DNA of 64,000 nucleotides, taken from the NCBI RefSeq assembly GCF_024521635.1, contig NW_026250404.1, positions 558,001 to 622,000 of the forward strand, written 5' to 3'. Both the position numbers and the translations under genes were made by a program. This DNA comes from Tricharina praecox. Lineage: Eukaryota. The notes beneath the pieces were generated by a model. The model searched no databases and was not told the origin of the DNA. It saw nothing but the letters and a program-made list of their open reading frames with translations. Positions 52,746 through 64,000 of this stretch are shown in pieces (within the stretch, counting starts at the first letter, position 1; each line of letters starts with the position of its first letter).

Positions 52746-54725
52746 GGAAGGAGCTATGTACTCGGGTGTAAGGGTAAGTGCTGCCTCACCAGGTTTTCCC
52801 CCATACAACTTAGTCACAACTACTCACTCATTTCATTGTATCTAGCTCAGTACACTCCTTATATAGACTAGTGCTTATAATTCGTAATGGTGGTGAGGCA
52901 CCACTTATTGGCAGCTTCTGGTACATCGGACGAAAAGTTCCTACCTATACCATATTTACCTACCTCACAACTTCTGAGTAGTGAGCAGGACGGTGTCCAA
53001 CCCATGCTCGACATTGTGCAGAAGTTGCCGGCAGGCAATGCATGGATACCATTGCTTCTGTATCTCAAGCCCTCCGAGATGTGGAGCAGACGCTGGTAAA
53101 CTAGCCAGGAAGGCAAATGAAGAGTCAAGACAGTGGATCACTGGGTGCAGCACTGTTCGCCTATGGAAGAGGAAGGGGAAGAGGAGGAGGAAGAAGCAGA
53201 GGGAGAGGAAGGGGAAGGGGTGGAAGTGGAGGAGGAGCTACTAGCGGTGGAAGAGGTGGAAACGGAGGAGACAAGTAGCTAGAACAGAAGACTCATGGTT
53301 TTGTGGGTGGGTGCGGGCGAGTGATTTTCTGTGATTTTCGATTTGTTTCGCCGGTCTTTTGCCCTGAGATGGTCGCTTTACGCTAGATGTGGAGTCCTGT
53401 GGGTGGGAATCATCGTCTGAAGAGGTGGGAGTATAGGAGACTTTGTATGGTTGATGGCGCAGGTTTCGGTCAGACAGACATGTCGAGGTTTGATGCATTG
53501 TTGGTTGGCTGTGGGTTGGTTGTGGGTTGTTTTCGTCTGTGGAGGGGGCATTGCGGTGTGGATTGGCGAAACATCCAAGGGATTATGGGACTGTAGTAGG
53601 TTGGTGGAGCAGGTATCGTGCCTGTAATTTAGAAGGGCCATCTTTTTGCGGTTCTATTTCCAAGCTAGCTAGCAGCCGGCAGCAGATATAAATGATGGGG
53701 AGTGGGAAAGGCACAGGTTATGTGCTCGAGTACCTCTCCCCACCCTTAGATTCCTAGTCCGATGTTGGTGTGAAGATCTTTGCAAGATGAAACATCGGGT
53801 TTTGTATGGAAGTCAAGCTCCAGTGCGCCAAACTCTCACGAGTGGCGACTGATTTTCACTCTAAAGTTAAATGTAGCGGTCACATGTACTCGGTTGGAGT
53901 AGGAACGGACCCGGAACTCAGCTATTCAACTACCATCCGAAATACGGGCCGCCATCTAGACTCTACCAGCAGATCGTCTCTCCCAGGATATGCATAATCA
54001 ACCACTGACAGCGACTGATCCTCGTAATAGAAAGGAACAGGTGTATACTACCGTAGTCATCGCTGGGTGGTGAAGTTGCATTTTTAAGAGTTGTCAGGTG
54101 TTCTTTTTTTGGGTTTTTTTTGGTGGGCCGGCTGTTGCCATGTATGTAAACAATTGAACTTCCCAGGTGCAGAGCTAAATACCACTGTAACTTTCTAGAC
54201 TGCAGGCATCATATGTAGAGTACTCTACTATCACTTTGTGTGGTGAGCCCGGGGCGGGTCACTCTGTTATATGCATTAGCGTGTGTTAGATCATTAGCGT
54301 GTGTTAGATGCATTAGCGCCTTAGCTTACAGACACCGAGTGATATCACAATACCACACAACAAAATCATGTGTAACTACGGGATCCCATTCCATTCGCCG
54401 AAGGGCAACAGCGCATCACAAAGAGGCCTCGAGCAGCCGCACTCGATAGAATCTCATCCTCTTTCCTACACACTTTCTCGTCCTTATCAACGTCCCATTC
54501 CACATCCGCGTCTCTGGGTTCCAACGCACCATAGTGCCATACCATCGAAGCGTAACCTGCCTTTGAAATTCGTATTCCACGCACCTTCGTTCACCCAGTT
54601 CTGCTACGCACGATCTGGTGCCTGGACCTTATTCCAACTTTTTCGCCTGATGTAGTTAGGGACGAGCACGTCCAACCGGAGCATCAAACACGCAACTCCT
54701 GGACGAATACCGCCGTGAGCCCAAC

Positions 54726-56459
54726 ATGGCCAGTATCAGAAATTACGCCAACGTACAGATCCGCGAGGACGCCGGGTACGACGAGTTCATGGGGGGGACA
54801 ATACTTGGTGGACAGATCTTCTTTGGTAGTGGGTAAGTGGCCCTCCTCGACTCTGCCAAACGATGACTACTTAGTATAGTGAGGGGGGGGGGGGTAAAAA
54901 TACGCTTTTTGACCGTACCGATACGGAAAAAACGTATTTTTTACCCCCCTTCACTATACAGTATGCTTCAATGTGATATTAGGGTTGGCTAACCGGAGCT
55001 GGCAGATTTGGATGTAAGCCCCCCCGGTCCGATCATCTGTCAACTCACCCAAGATTGCTATCCATGAAGCTGATCTCTCGGTGGAGCTAGCCATAAAACA
55101 GGACGACGATCCTGACCCGCCGACTTCCCAACCTTCTTTCCCGAAAGTTCCAATTGAACCTGGATATTGCGTGAACTATGGTTCTGGTCCCGATATGCAG
55201 GGGGGGCCTATACAAGACATCGTGGTTGTGGAGATGGTCCCGATCACAGCTTCCGCTCCCCACTCTTCGCGGTCGGAAATACCCCAAACCAAAGGCGAAA
55301 CACCAGAGCCACCAAGAAGTGCTTTGGAAGTGTTGCAAATATGGTTCGAGAACATTTTTAGGACTGAATTCGCCTGGTGGCCTCTCCCCTCCCCCCGACG
55401 GGCGTGGGGTTGCTCCGCGGGATTCATCAAAACAGAGTGGAAATGTGTAAGACCATCAATCACCATCCCAGGATGTATGTTGACGATATCCTAGCGTTGC
55501 GGGAAAGATTTTTTCCAAACAGTGTCCGCTTCTAATGGGAACCAAAGTGCTACCCAAAGCCAAAGCCCGAACATGGCCCAGGAGCCCGTTATACAATCCC
55601 AAACATCGCCGAGAATCGGAGCCGCCACCACCGAGACGCCTCAACCTTCAACCTGTGGTTGTTACCCGCTACCAATCGGTGGACAACAACCGCCCCCTCA
55701 AGTGGGTAGAACACCCACTGACCCTGCTAGAACCGGATATGACTATGTTATTCTATGCGTGGAGACTGTTCACCGAGGTAGAAAGCTCGGACATGTAGAA
55801 CTGCCGCAAGAAACGCCAGGAGGCTCGTTGCAGCGAACGGACGGGCAATTCTTCCGACGCTTGAGGATCGAGTACTGCAGGCTTCGTCCATGGGTTTCGA
55901 TCATCCTCACATTTAAAGCTCTTCTCTACTTCAAATTTGTGAAGGTAAGTCCAGTTGTATCCGCGCAGTTGCTTATATCTTACATGCACAGATCGATCAT
56001 TTCCCGAATGGCAAGAGTAGGCTCTATTGTTCTAATGAGCAAACACTCCCCAACAAGTCTTGCAGAAAGTACCAATATGCCGCTGAAAGGCCTCCACCAC
56101 CGATTGAAGCGGACCGCATGAAACACCTCTTCAATGATCCCGACTGTGTGGGCAATACCAACGAGCATCTGATGCTTATCCTCAAGCGTATTGATGGCCC
56201 CATACCGAGTTGCGAGCCTGCGGTGTGGGGGTTGGAGGCAGTTCATGGTCCGTCCATGGCAATGATAGTTATTGTTGGTTGGTTGTGGGTTGTTTTCGTC
56301 TGTGGAGGGTTCATTGCGGTGTGGTTGGCGAAAAATCCAAGGGATTATGGGACTGCAGTAGGTGGTGCTTCTGGGCTGGCGGCACTCCTTGGAGTGGGGC
56401 TTGTGTTGATTCAGATATACCGCTCTTGCCTCACCAATGACGAGTTAGTGCGGGCGTAA
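54726..56459 (+). pseudogene. Multi-exon uncharacterised fungal gene with two C-terminal TM helices; apparent frameshift near 55019-55025
   Basis: Introns at 54833-55005, ~55447-55494 and ~55945-55990. Motifs WWPL, TDGQFFRRLRIEY..FKFVK, KHLFNDP..ILKR..WGLEAVHGPS, then hydrophobic helices. The 5' end is unresolved. Confidence 0.5.
54874..54959. mobile_element. 86-bp hairpin mini-MITE within an intron
   Basis: GTATAGTGA-G(12)-TAAAAATACG..CCGTA..TACGG..CGTATTTTTTA-C(6)-TTCACTATAC, with TA-flanked ends. Confidence 0.7.
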
Positions 56460-57174
56460 GGTGTATTTGAGAAGTCTGTAGATTTGTGTACATAAAGTAC
56501 TAGGTCAGAAGTTATCGCCAGGGGGCCGTTTTACACCAAAAATAGCCATTTTCACGCGACCAAAACCCACCCTTCGTCTGACCGAAAAATATTGTGTCTT
56601 TCACAGACGCCGTAAAATCATAAGCCCTCTTGTATATATAAATGTTGACCGCTTTTAGTCAACATTGATGGTTTTTAGTGGTGGTTTGTACATGACTTGA
56701 ACAGTGATTTCGCATTTTGTATGGGGCTCCCATACAAAAAGTTGCACGACAACCAGCGAAAACCACAAACTTTTCTCCTGGGCAGCATTGCTCAACCACA
56801 ACTGCTTATATTTGCGAGCCAGTTTCTTATAAGATCACCTACGCTGTTAGAAAAGACCTCCGATTGTCTAATATTTTTTAGAGTGTGTTTGAGATGCAGA
56901 ATCTGTGGTTGAAAATGGATAGTCTTGAAACAATGGGACTTGGATTAGCCTCACAACTTCACATAAAATATGGATTTTTTTTCTTTTGGCTGGGAATTTT
57001 GTCGAAGCTGGACATGTATCTAATCATCCTGTATGCAAATTTGTATTACTTTCTATTGTGTGGTTGTGGTGTTCGAGAGGTCTACATGTGTGGTGTGGTG
57101 GTCTCGTAAGGGCGAGTGGCGATAACTTTTGACCTGGTACTTTATATATCTGCATTGTCGATTGGCAAGGATAC

Positions 57175-57600
57175 TCCCCTAGGAGCACGGATGTCGGAAG
57201 AAAAGCCCCAAAGCCTTAAAAAGGAATAGGAAGGGGCGGAAATGGCACGGATGCCTGAGACCGCTGAGGAAGATACAGAAAGTGAGGTGTCCGAGTGAGA
57301 GCTCAGGGAGCAGGAAGAAAGGGAGGCGGAACTGAGGCGAGAGGAGGAGGAGGGTGCTGAGGTTGAAGAGCCGGGCTCAGGCCCGCTGTTCCTCCCCACA
57401 CCTTCCTTCATGGCATCCCTTTTGGAAGAGGCACCAGGCGGAGGGGAGTAGGGAGAGGGAGCGGAAGATGTTTTTTCCTAATGTTTTTTCCTTGGTGCGC
57501 TCTACTTTCGTTACGGGGACAGGCCGAGGCGGTGGGCAGGGAAAGCCACATCGGGCCACTCGATGAAAGTCAGGTCGGATAGTGGCGGGGAATCGGAGTG
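57175..57600 (+). mobile_element. Probable 3' remnant of a fungal LINE (Tad-like) ORF2 plus 3'UTR
   Basis: STDVGRK / ETAEEDTESEVSE*ELREQEEREAELRREEEEGAEVEEP..PLFLPTPSFMAS resembles the acidic C-terminal tail I recall from fungal non-LTR RT proteins. Contains a stop and a frameshift. Confidence 0.5.
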
Positions 57601-57928
57601 TGTACATATATTGCCATGATCTACTTAGGTCGCAAGCAATTACTGATTAAACAAAAAATAACAAAAAGGGCGGAAATGGCGAGCGAATCGTCATGAATGG
57701 AGGATGTGCAGGAAGACCGCGAGTGCGAGATTTTCTTTTGCTATCTCTCATGTCACTTTCACACTGGCGAATATGGGCATACATAGCCACCATTAGGTGG
57801 AGACCCGGAGGAGACAGGATTCGGATATATATTACTGTCATCATCAGGCATGGTCGAATACAGAATAATGAACACAAAAAAAAACACTACAATACACCCG
57901 AAATTCACTATTTACTACAACCACTCAA

Positions 57929-60360
57929 CTACCGCCTACCACCAGACACCGCAGCGCGAGCGGGATACGGAGCGGCCACGGGTCTCGGGGGGCGGCCGCG
58001 ATCGCGGGAGGGGGACCGAGAGCGAGATCGAGAGCGAGACCCAGACGCAGACCGGGAGCGAGACCGTGCTCGGGATTTGATTCGGGAGCCGGATCGGGAG
58101 CGAGATCGAGTCCAAGATCGAGTTCGGGACCGGGATCGAGAGTCGGACCGAGAGCGAGACCGGGAAATGGAACGGGAACGGGACCGGGAGCCGGACCGAG
58201 AGCGAGACCGAGTCCAAGATCGGGTTCGGGACCGGGACCCGGAGTCGGACCGAGTGCGAGACCGGGAGACGGACCGGGACCGAGACCGGGAGACGGACCG
58301 CGAGTGAGACCGAGATCGGGACCGAGACCGGGAGCGAGAGGAGTAGCTGGAGTATGAGGACCTGGAGCTGACGCTCTCGGAGTCCGAGGCGTCTGCTTTT
58401 GCTGCCGCGGCGGCTTCGATAGCTGCTTGCTGCTGTGCCACGTTCGCCTTCAGGTACTCGCGCATGTCCTCCGTAACTTGACCCATGCCGATCGAAGTGA
58501 AGTAGTTGATGGAGAAGCGGGTGTTGCGGGGGTTGTCCCTGGGGAACATTCCCAAGTACGCCTCCTGCAGGTAGGGATCCTTGAGACGCTCGACGAGCTT
58601 CTTCATGCCCATTGCTTCCGACAGTTCTTGGAAAAGGATCATGACAAAAATACGGGACGAAGCTGTGGTCTCTTCCTCGTTCAGATGGATCACCGAGAAT
58701 ACGTGCCAGCCCAAGGCATCCGAGGCTAGCATATGTCCAAAGAACTTGGCAATGTTGCGGAGACGGTTGGTTTCGTAGCGATGAATGGTATCGTAATAGG
58801 TCCGGAAGGACTCTTCGAAGAGCTCCGTCCAAAGGCGGTTGATCTTTGCGAATCGCTCGCCAGTAAGACCATAGAACTTGCTATACGTGCGTTCTTGTGA
58901 ACAACATTCGATGATCATAGAACACAACTCCATTTCTTGGCCTGCTGGTAAATTGACCTGTGCAGTTGTCAGTTCCACATTCATCCTGAATTATTATAGA
59001 CAAGGTAACATACCTTCATGAGCTTGTGACAACATTCTTCGAAGTCTATCGAGGACATGATGGTGAGGTAGATGGTTCTCCGCAGGTTGACGAGATTGGT
59101 GTTCGATTGGTCCTTGATTTCCAACCGTTTTTCCTCCTGTTTCACCTCGTTATCCTCGTCGTCGCTGCTATCTTCGTCGTCGTCACCGTCGTCGTCCTCG
59201 TCGTCGCTTCCTTCTCCGAGGATCTCGGCCTTTGTCTTCGCATATAGCGCCTCATGCTCCTCCCAGTTCGGATCGAACTTGAAGACATTGAGACCGTCCA
59301 TGACTTCGATTTCATCGTCCAGATCAGTCCTATGAGTAATCTGATCCTCCTCCTCCACAAGATCGAGCTCCTCTCTCACTGGTGGATTATCCTTATACTT
59401 CTCCTTTCGCACCTGGAACAACACCTCAATCATGTACTGAACACGCTTGTCAATATTGGCCTCGTGCAGAATTGTCCGAAACTGCTCGAACACGGCGTTG
59501 TTTGCCTTTGGTGACATCTCTTCCAAATGTGCACCAACTTCACGCACCAATCCAACCGCAATCTCAACGGAATCGTCGGTGGGCTTGTTGAGAAGCAGCA
59601 TCAAGATTTCGATTACCAGGATCTCGTGCGCAACCTGCTGATTACAGAGATGCGCGATGAACGTGGTGCTACTCAAGCAGACGGCCTTGTCGTTGCGCTT
59701 AAACGCCTTCCGAAACTGCACAACCAGACGGTTCAATAGAAGTTCGCCGACCTGTGGCAGTTTTGTGTTGACGATGGCTGTCATCGCCGCATAGATCGGG
59801 GTAAACGGCAGTGACACGGCCTGCGCCTTCATGATCGATCGACAGTAAAGTCCACGGCCCCGAATCAAGTTCTCCCCAAAGAGCTCGGGAACGATGTGCT
59901 TGATGTTGGATGTATTGACCTTATTGACCAGACCGTTGATACTCTTCTTCAACGCCTCCCATGCCATCCGTTGATACTCCTTTGACGACTTGTCGGTGAT
60001 CTGCGCCTGCAGGGCCCGCAGACGCGCCGGGGGGATGTATGTTCCGCCGGACCGCATGCTCAACAGCTTCTCGTACTCTGCTTTCGGATCAAATTTCGGT
60101 TTCTCGGCCTCAGTTTCCTGCTGGCGGATGCGTTCGGCGAGCTGGCGTTCACGCTCCAGGGCGCGTTGCGGATCGACATCGGGGAGTGTCGGCGCGACGT
60201 GGGGATTGTGGCGGGCGGGTCTTCGGGGAGGCGAACGGTAACGGCGCGGTGATGGGGATCGCGAGCGTGGCGATCGCTTGCGCTTCGACGCGCGTGGAGA
60301 TTGAGGCGACGGAAGGCGCACAACCGACTGGACGATGATTTCTCCTTCCGAGTCGGACAT
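57929..60360 (-). CDS. CWC22: Pre-mRNA splicing factor Cwc22 with long RS tail (exons 60360-59014, 58957-57929)
   Basis: [34 protein letters not shown] (MIF4G), [22 protein letters not shown] (MA3), [13 protein letters not shown]. One intron GTATGT..CAG. Confidence 0.96.
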
Positions 60361-61674
60361 CGTGGCGTCGCCTCGGAAAGTTGAGAAGCTTTTAGGAGGG
60401 TAGGATGTGCGGTCTTGGAAGCAGGACGGACTGAGTGCTGAGTCGCGAGTGGTAGTGGTGCCTGTGTTGTGCTTGTAAGGAGTTTGACGCGAGAAGGGGT
60501 GGAATGACGATGGCGGATGAGATGGCGTTAAAGTTGAAGAGTCGAAGGAGACGTTGCAGTCGCGCAGAGTCTTGGCAAATCACGGTTTCTCATGACGGAT
60601 AGATATAGAATACGAACTCCAGTGTATCAAGACTGACAGTTGCTATGCTACACACAAAAGAGACTATATATAGCTACAATCGATTGTATGGACCTTACTC
60701 CCTCTATGCTTTGTGCTCAGCTCAATTCCCAAGATCTTGCCTTCTTCGTGTGCACGTGCCATCACAAACCATCATGCCTTGTTCAAAATTTCATCCTTGG
60801 CTGAAGTGACAAATCGCGTCACACTTCACGTGCGAGCATTACCACAGCCTTTTCTTCCCTTGGAATATCTCGTCGAGTTTGCAGTTTTCCGTACCACCTT
60901 GGCATTAGGCTGCTGTATCCTCTAGTACAGACGAGTGATGAGCCCAACGGCGTCACCATTCGGGACAAAATGCAATGTCATCAGCAGCCATAACTTCACC
61001 GACTGCCACGTTTTGCAGTGATAGTTCCTTATGATATGGCCTCAGTTGTCTCCCGTAGCTACTCGAAATGAGGATGAACAGAGGCTCGCCGGATTCAGCC
61101 ATATCGGAATGTTATACTTGCTAGATATTTGGCCACTTTTTTTTGCTTCACCTGCCTAGGAACCCCCGAGTTTTTTTTTCTCTCTTATATACGAACTTTG
61201 ATTCTACATTAGGATAGAGTAAGATTGCTATCATTACGGACATAATTATGATAGAAACGGCATGCAAGCTCACACATCGCGTTTCCACGGCCCAGAGAAC
61301 ATAGCAATGGAGATGATACCTCATTTTGAGCACTCGTCACTAGGTAGGTCATGGTTTTGCTGTCTATAGAATCGAATCTCTCAGATCTTCTTGCAGCCCA
61401 AACATGATGGTCATAGTAGCGGAGAGAACACGGTGGGGATGTAATTGGTGATTGTGTTTGTCTACCAAGCTACATATGTACGTATCTCATAGCCAGCTAT
61501 CCGGCTACCTCGAACCCCCGTGTGTGGAAATGCGCCGCCAGTGGGGCGGGTGTGTGGATTTAGGAGTGCATGAGCGTAACGACGAACGCTACATCGGATA
61601 GAAAGACATGAAGAAGTAACGTAGGCGGTGTTATAACTTGGTAGTAGGGGTTCGTTCCTCGAGCTACCAACAGT

Positions 61675-62336
61675 TTACAGGAACTGGCGGAGTCTGGTAA
61701 TCTAAGCCGCGACGAATGTATTGTTAACATCATGACCAGGTGATTGCGCCTGGGAAGTCAGCGGAAAGGATGGTTATACCTCGTCCAAAAGGTCCTTGAG
61801 GTCATCGTCGGATCTCTTGTCCGCTAGACTGGGAATCAATGTTTTCGCCTCCTCCGCATTATCACAGCAAAGGGAGCCTGGCAGCGGAAGCGACCACTGT
61901 CAATAAGTGTATCCCTAGACGGGAGTCTCAAGCGATCACATACCCAGCTGCGCGCGCTCAAAGGACGACAGGTCCTTCTGACTGAGGAGAATACGCTCAA
62001 CCGCCTGAGCAGTCTCCTGTGTCTTGAACCGCGAGAAGACCTCGAGGTATGCCTGAGTCTTGGTGACAATGCTACGCACAAACGTCAGTAACCCAGTCCC
62101 ACGTGTTTCCGTAGGCAAAAGGTAGGTAGCGCTCACGGGTCGTCCGGGACCTTGAACTTTCCCGCATCCCGTCGGTGGTCGAAGATAACAGTCATGAGAG
62201 TGCGCGCCTCCGAGAGCGTCAAAGCCGTCGCGTCCTTGAATTCGCCAAGCTTGAGCTCCTTGCCCGCCTCTTCGTCGCCCAGGACCTGCTCCTTCGCGCG
62301 AGCCGTCGCTGGAATAGAGATACCGTTGGAAGTCAT
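61675..62336 (-). CDS. RPB4: RNA polymerase II subunit Rpb4 (4 exons)
   Basis: DEEAGKELKLGEF..LTLSEAR, YLEVFSRFK, FERAQLGSLCCDNAEEAKTLIPSL. Three introns; ends ITRLRQFL*. Confidence 0.93.
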
Positions 62337-62441
62337 TGTTTCCTGTAGCTTCGTGGTGCGTTGGTTCGTCGCCTAAGGAAGATTCGCGAAAGAATGGTGT
62401 GGAAGGTGATACGCGCACTGAGGAGAAAGGTAGGGGGGAGT

Positions 62442-62522
62442 GTTGTGGGTTGTGCGTGAAAGTGGTGAGGAGCGTTGTGGGTTGTGCGTGAAAGTGGTGA
62501 GGAGCGTTGTGGGTTGTGCGTG
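62442..62522. repeat. 32-bp tandem repeat x2.5 upstream of RPB4
   Basis: GTTGTGGGTTGTGCGTGAAAGTGGTGAGGAGC at 62442 and 62474, partial at 62506. Confidence 0.9.
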
Positions 62523-64000
62523 GAGGTGGGCGTGAGGTCGTTGGGGCGTTGGGGCTGGTGGTGGTGATAGATAGTTGTCGCGAGAGAGGGAAGCGGTTGA
62601 CGTGTTGAGGCTGATCTTTGTTTTCCTTGGGCCGCATGCCAGCCCTTAAATTTTTGGTTCTCGAACTGAACGCGACAAGCTTACTTCTACGTTTAGAGTA
62701 CGAGCACTCAGCCGAACATAAAACGAACGACAGAACAGCATGTGATTGTGCTATTTTTGCTATCTACGTGTTCTGTAAAGTGCCAATGAGCTTTGACGAG
62801 TGAGATACCCAGTAGGAATGTCGAATACTGATTAATGAAATTCGAAAGAAAAGTCTGTTACAGCCAGGTGTAATAAATGGAAGTGTCACTCGTCAGCCAT
62901 ATCGTGAGCTGATTCCTCTACTAGTTATTATGATAGCTAGAGCATTAAACGTATCTCATCTGCTCCAAAGCTCTCAGCTCTGAGCATTCATGCTGGTCTC
63001 CCACGTACGATAGAACCATACATAGCAGTAATCCAGACCCCATCGGCCCAAACATCGACTTATCTACGGATTACCACTTGCCCCGGTGCGGCTATGCATC
63101 CTCTACCAGCCAACCCCGCAATCCTCGTTTACACGACCTTGGACACTTGCGGCCGCTTAGGTCAACCCAACTGTCGACTGTTCAAAGCTGCTTGATCTTG
63201 GGCTTCTCGACTCCGCAAAACGAAGAGTATCGGACGCATTCGGGTCGTAATCCTTCAGTGATCGCTGCTAGGAATGTACCCAACGGTAGCATCAGAACGA
63301 AACATAACTGGATCGGCGAGTAGGAGGGTTAGTAAGTGCAGATGGAGTATATAGAGTAGGTGTTGCGAAAGTTTTGTACATATCTAGCCCAGGAGGAGTT
63401 CGCGGAGGGTCATGTGCTTGGAAGCGGCGGCGGCTCATGCGACAAGTTTGAACATGACACTGAGGACCTCATTTTGATTGGCCTGGGGAGTAACTTTAGG
63501 CAAATAGTTGTTGACGGCGGCAGCAGTGCCAGCAGAAGTGGGAGGTTAATACGAAAGGAGCTCGAAGGAGATGCGAGATGGATGGTTGATGGAGTGCGGA
63601 GAGCCATCCTTGTCTCGGACCGTTTCCAATCCTGGTTTGGGGAGTGATATCTGATCTCTGCAGTATTCTCCGACGCAAGACGGGAATCCATTCCGAGGAT
63701 TGTGAGGAATGGATGGAAATCCCGAAGGCCAGTAATATCTCAATTGATCCACCAGGTTGTGTGGAAAGCATTCAGACTCACTTCGGATATGGGTTCTACG
63801 GTATGTATTTCTGGCAGTCGACATGATAGGTATGTAAATAGTAGCTGTGAGCTGATGGCCCTCTATGGGCAGTATATGGGCAGAGTGTCCGTCCATGTAC
63901 CCGAGTTAGAGATTACCTAGGTTATCATTTAAACAAGACCCATACCCACATTGTCACGCTGCATGCCGGACAAGTGAGGAAAATGTACCCACCCATTTAT

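Noticed and set aside
57693..58307. RD/RE-repeat ORF
   Set aside because: Antisense reading of the CWC22 RS tail.
63937..63950. GACCATACCCAC, similar to the 5' end of fungal 5S rRNA
   Set aside because: Similarity stops after ~12 nt; no downstream 5S sequence.

Overview
Eukaryotic (fungal) genomic DNA, not prokaryotic: short GT-AG introns with CTRAC branch points, consistent with a filamentous ascomycete (Pezizomycotina; Pezizomycetes is a guess). Eleven conserved intron-containing genes can be modelled: ERO1, CSN4, RIM15/cek1, eIF3d, PRO1, ATP23, Aurora kinase, MRH4, BUD4, CWC22 and RPB4. There is also a small putative OB-fold gene whose intron is hidden in a C-rich tract. Two long gene-free divergent intergenic regions (13 kb before RIM15, 5.4 kb before BUD4) are rich in microsatellites and strongly enriched for the heptamer TAGAGTA/TACTCTA. 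An ~11.5 kb accessory island between BUD4 and CWC22 holds: a 946-bp TA-flanked element with perfect 27-bp TIRs and apparent cargo but no transposase; an 86-bp all-hairpin mini-element inside an intron; two inverted piggyBac-like transposase relics; probable copia gag and LINE relics; shuffled local duplications; and two spliced orphan genes, each with a single lesion. All gene models and family calls were made by eye from motifs; no searches were run.
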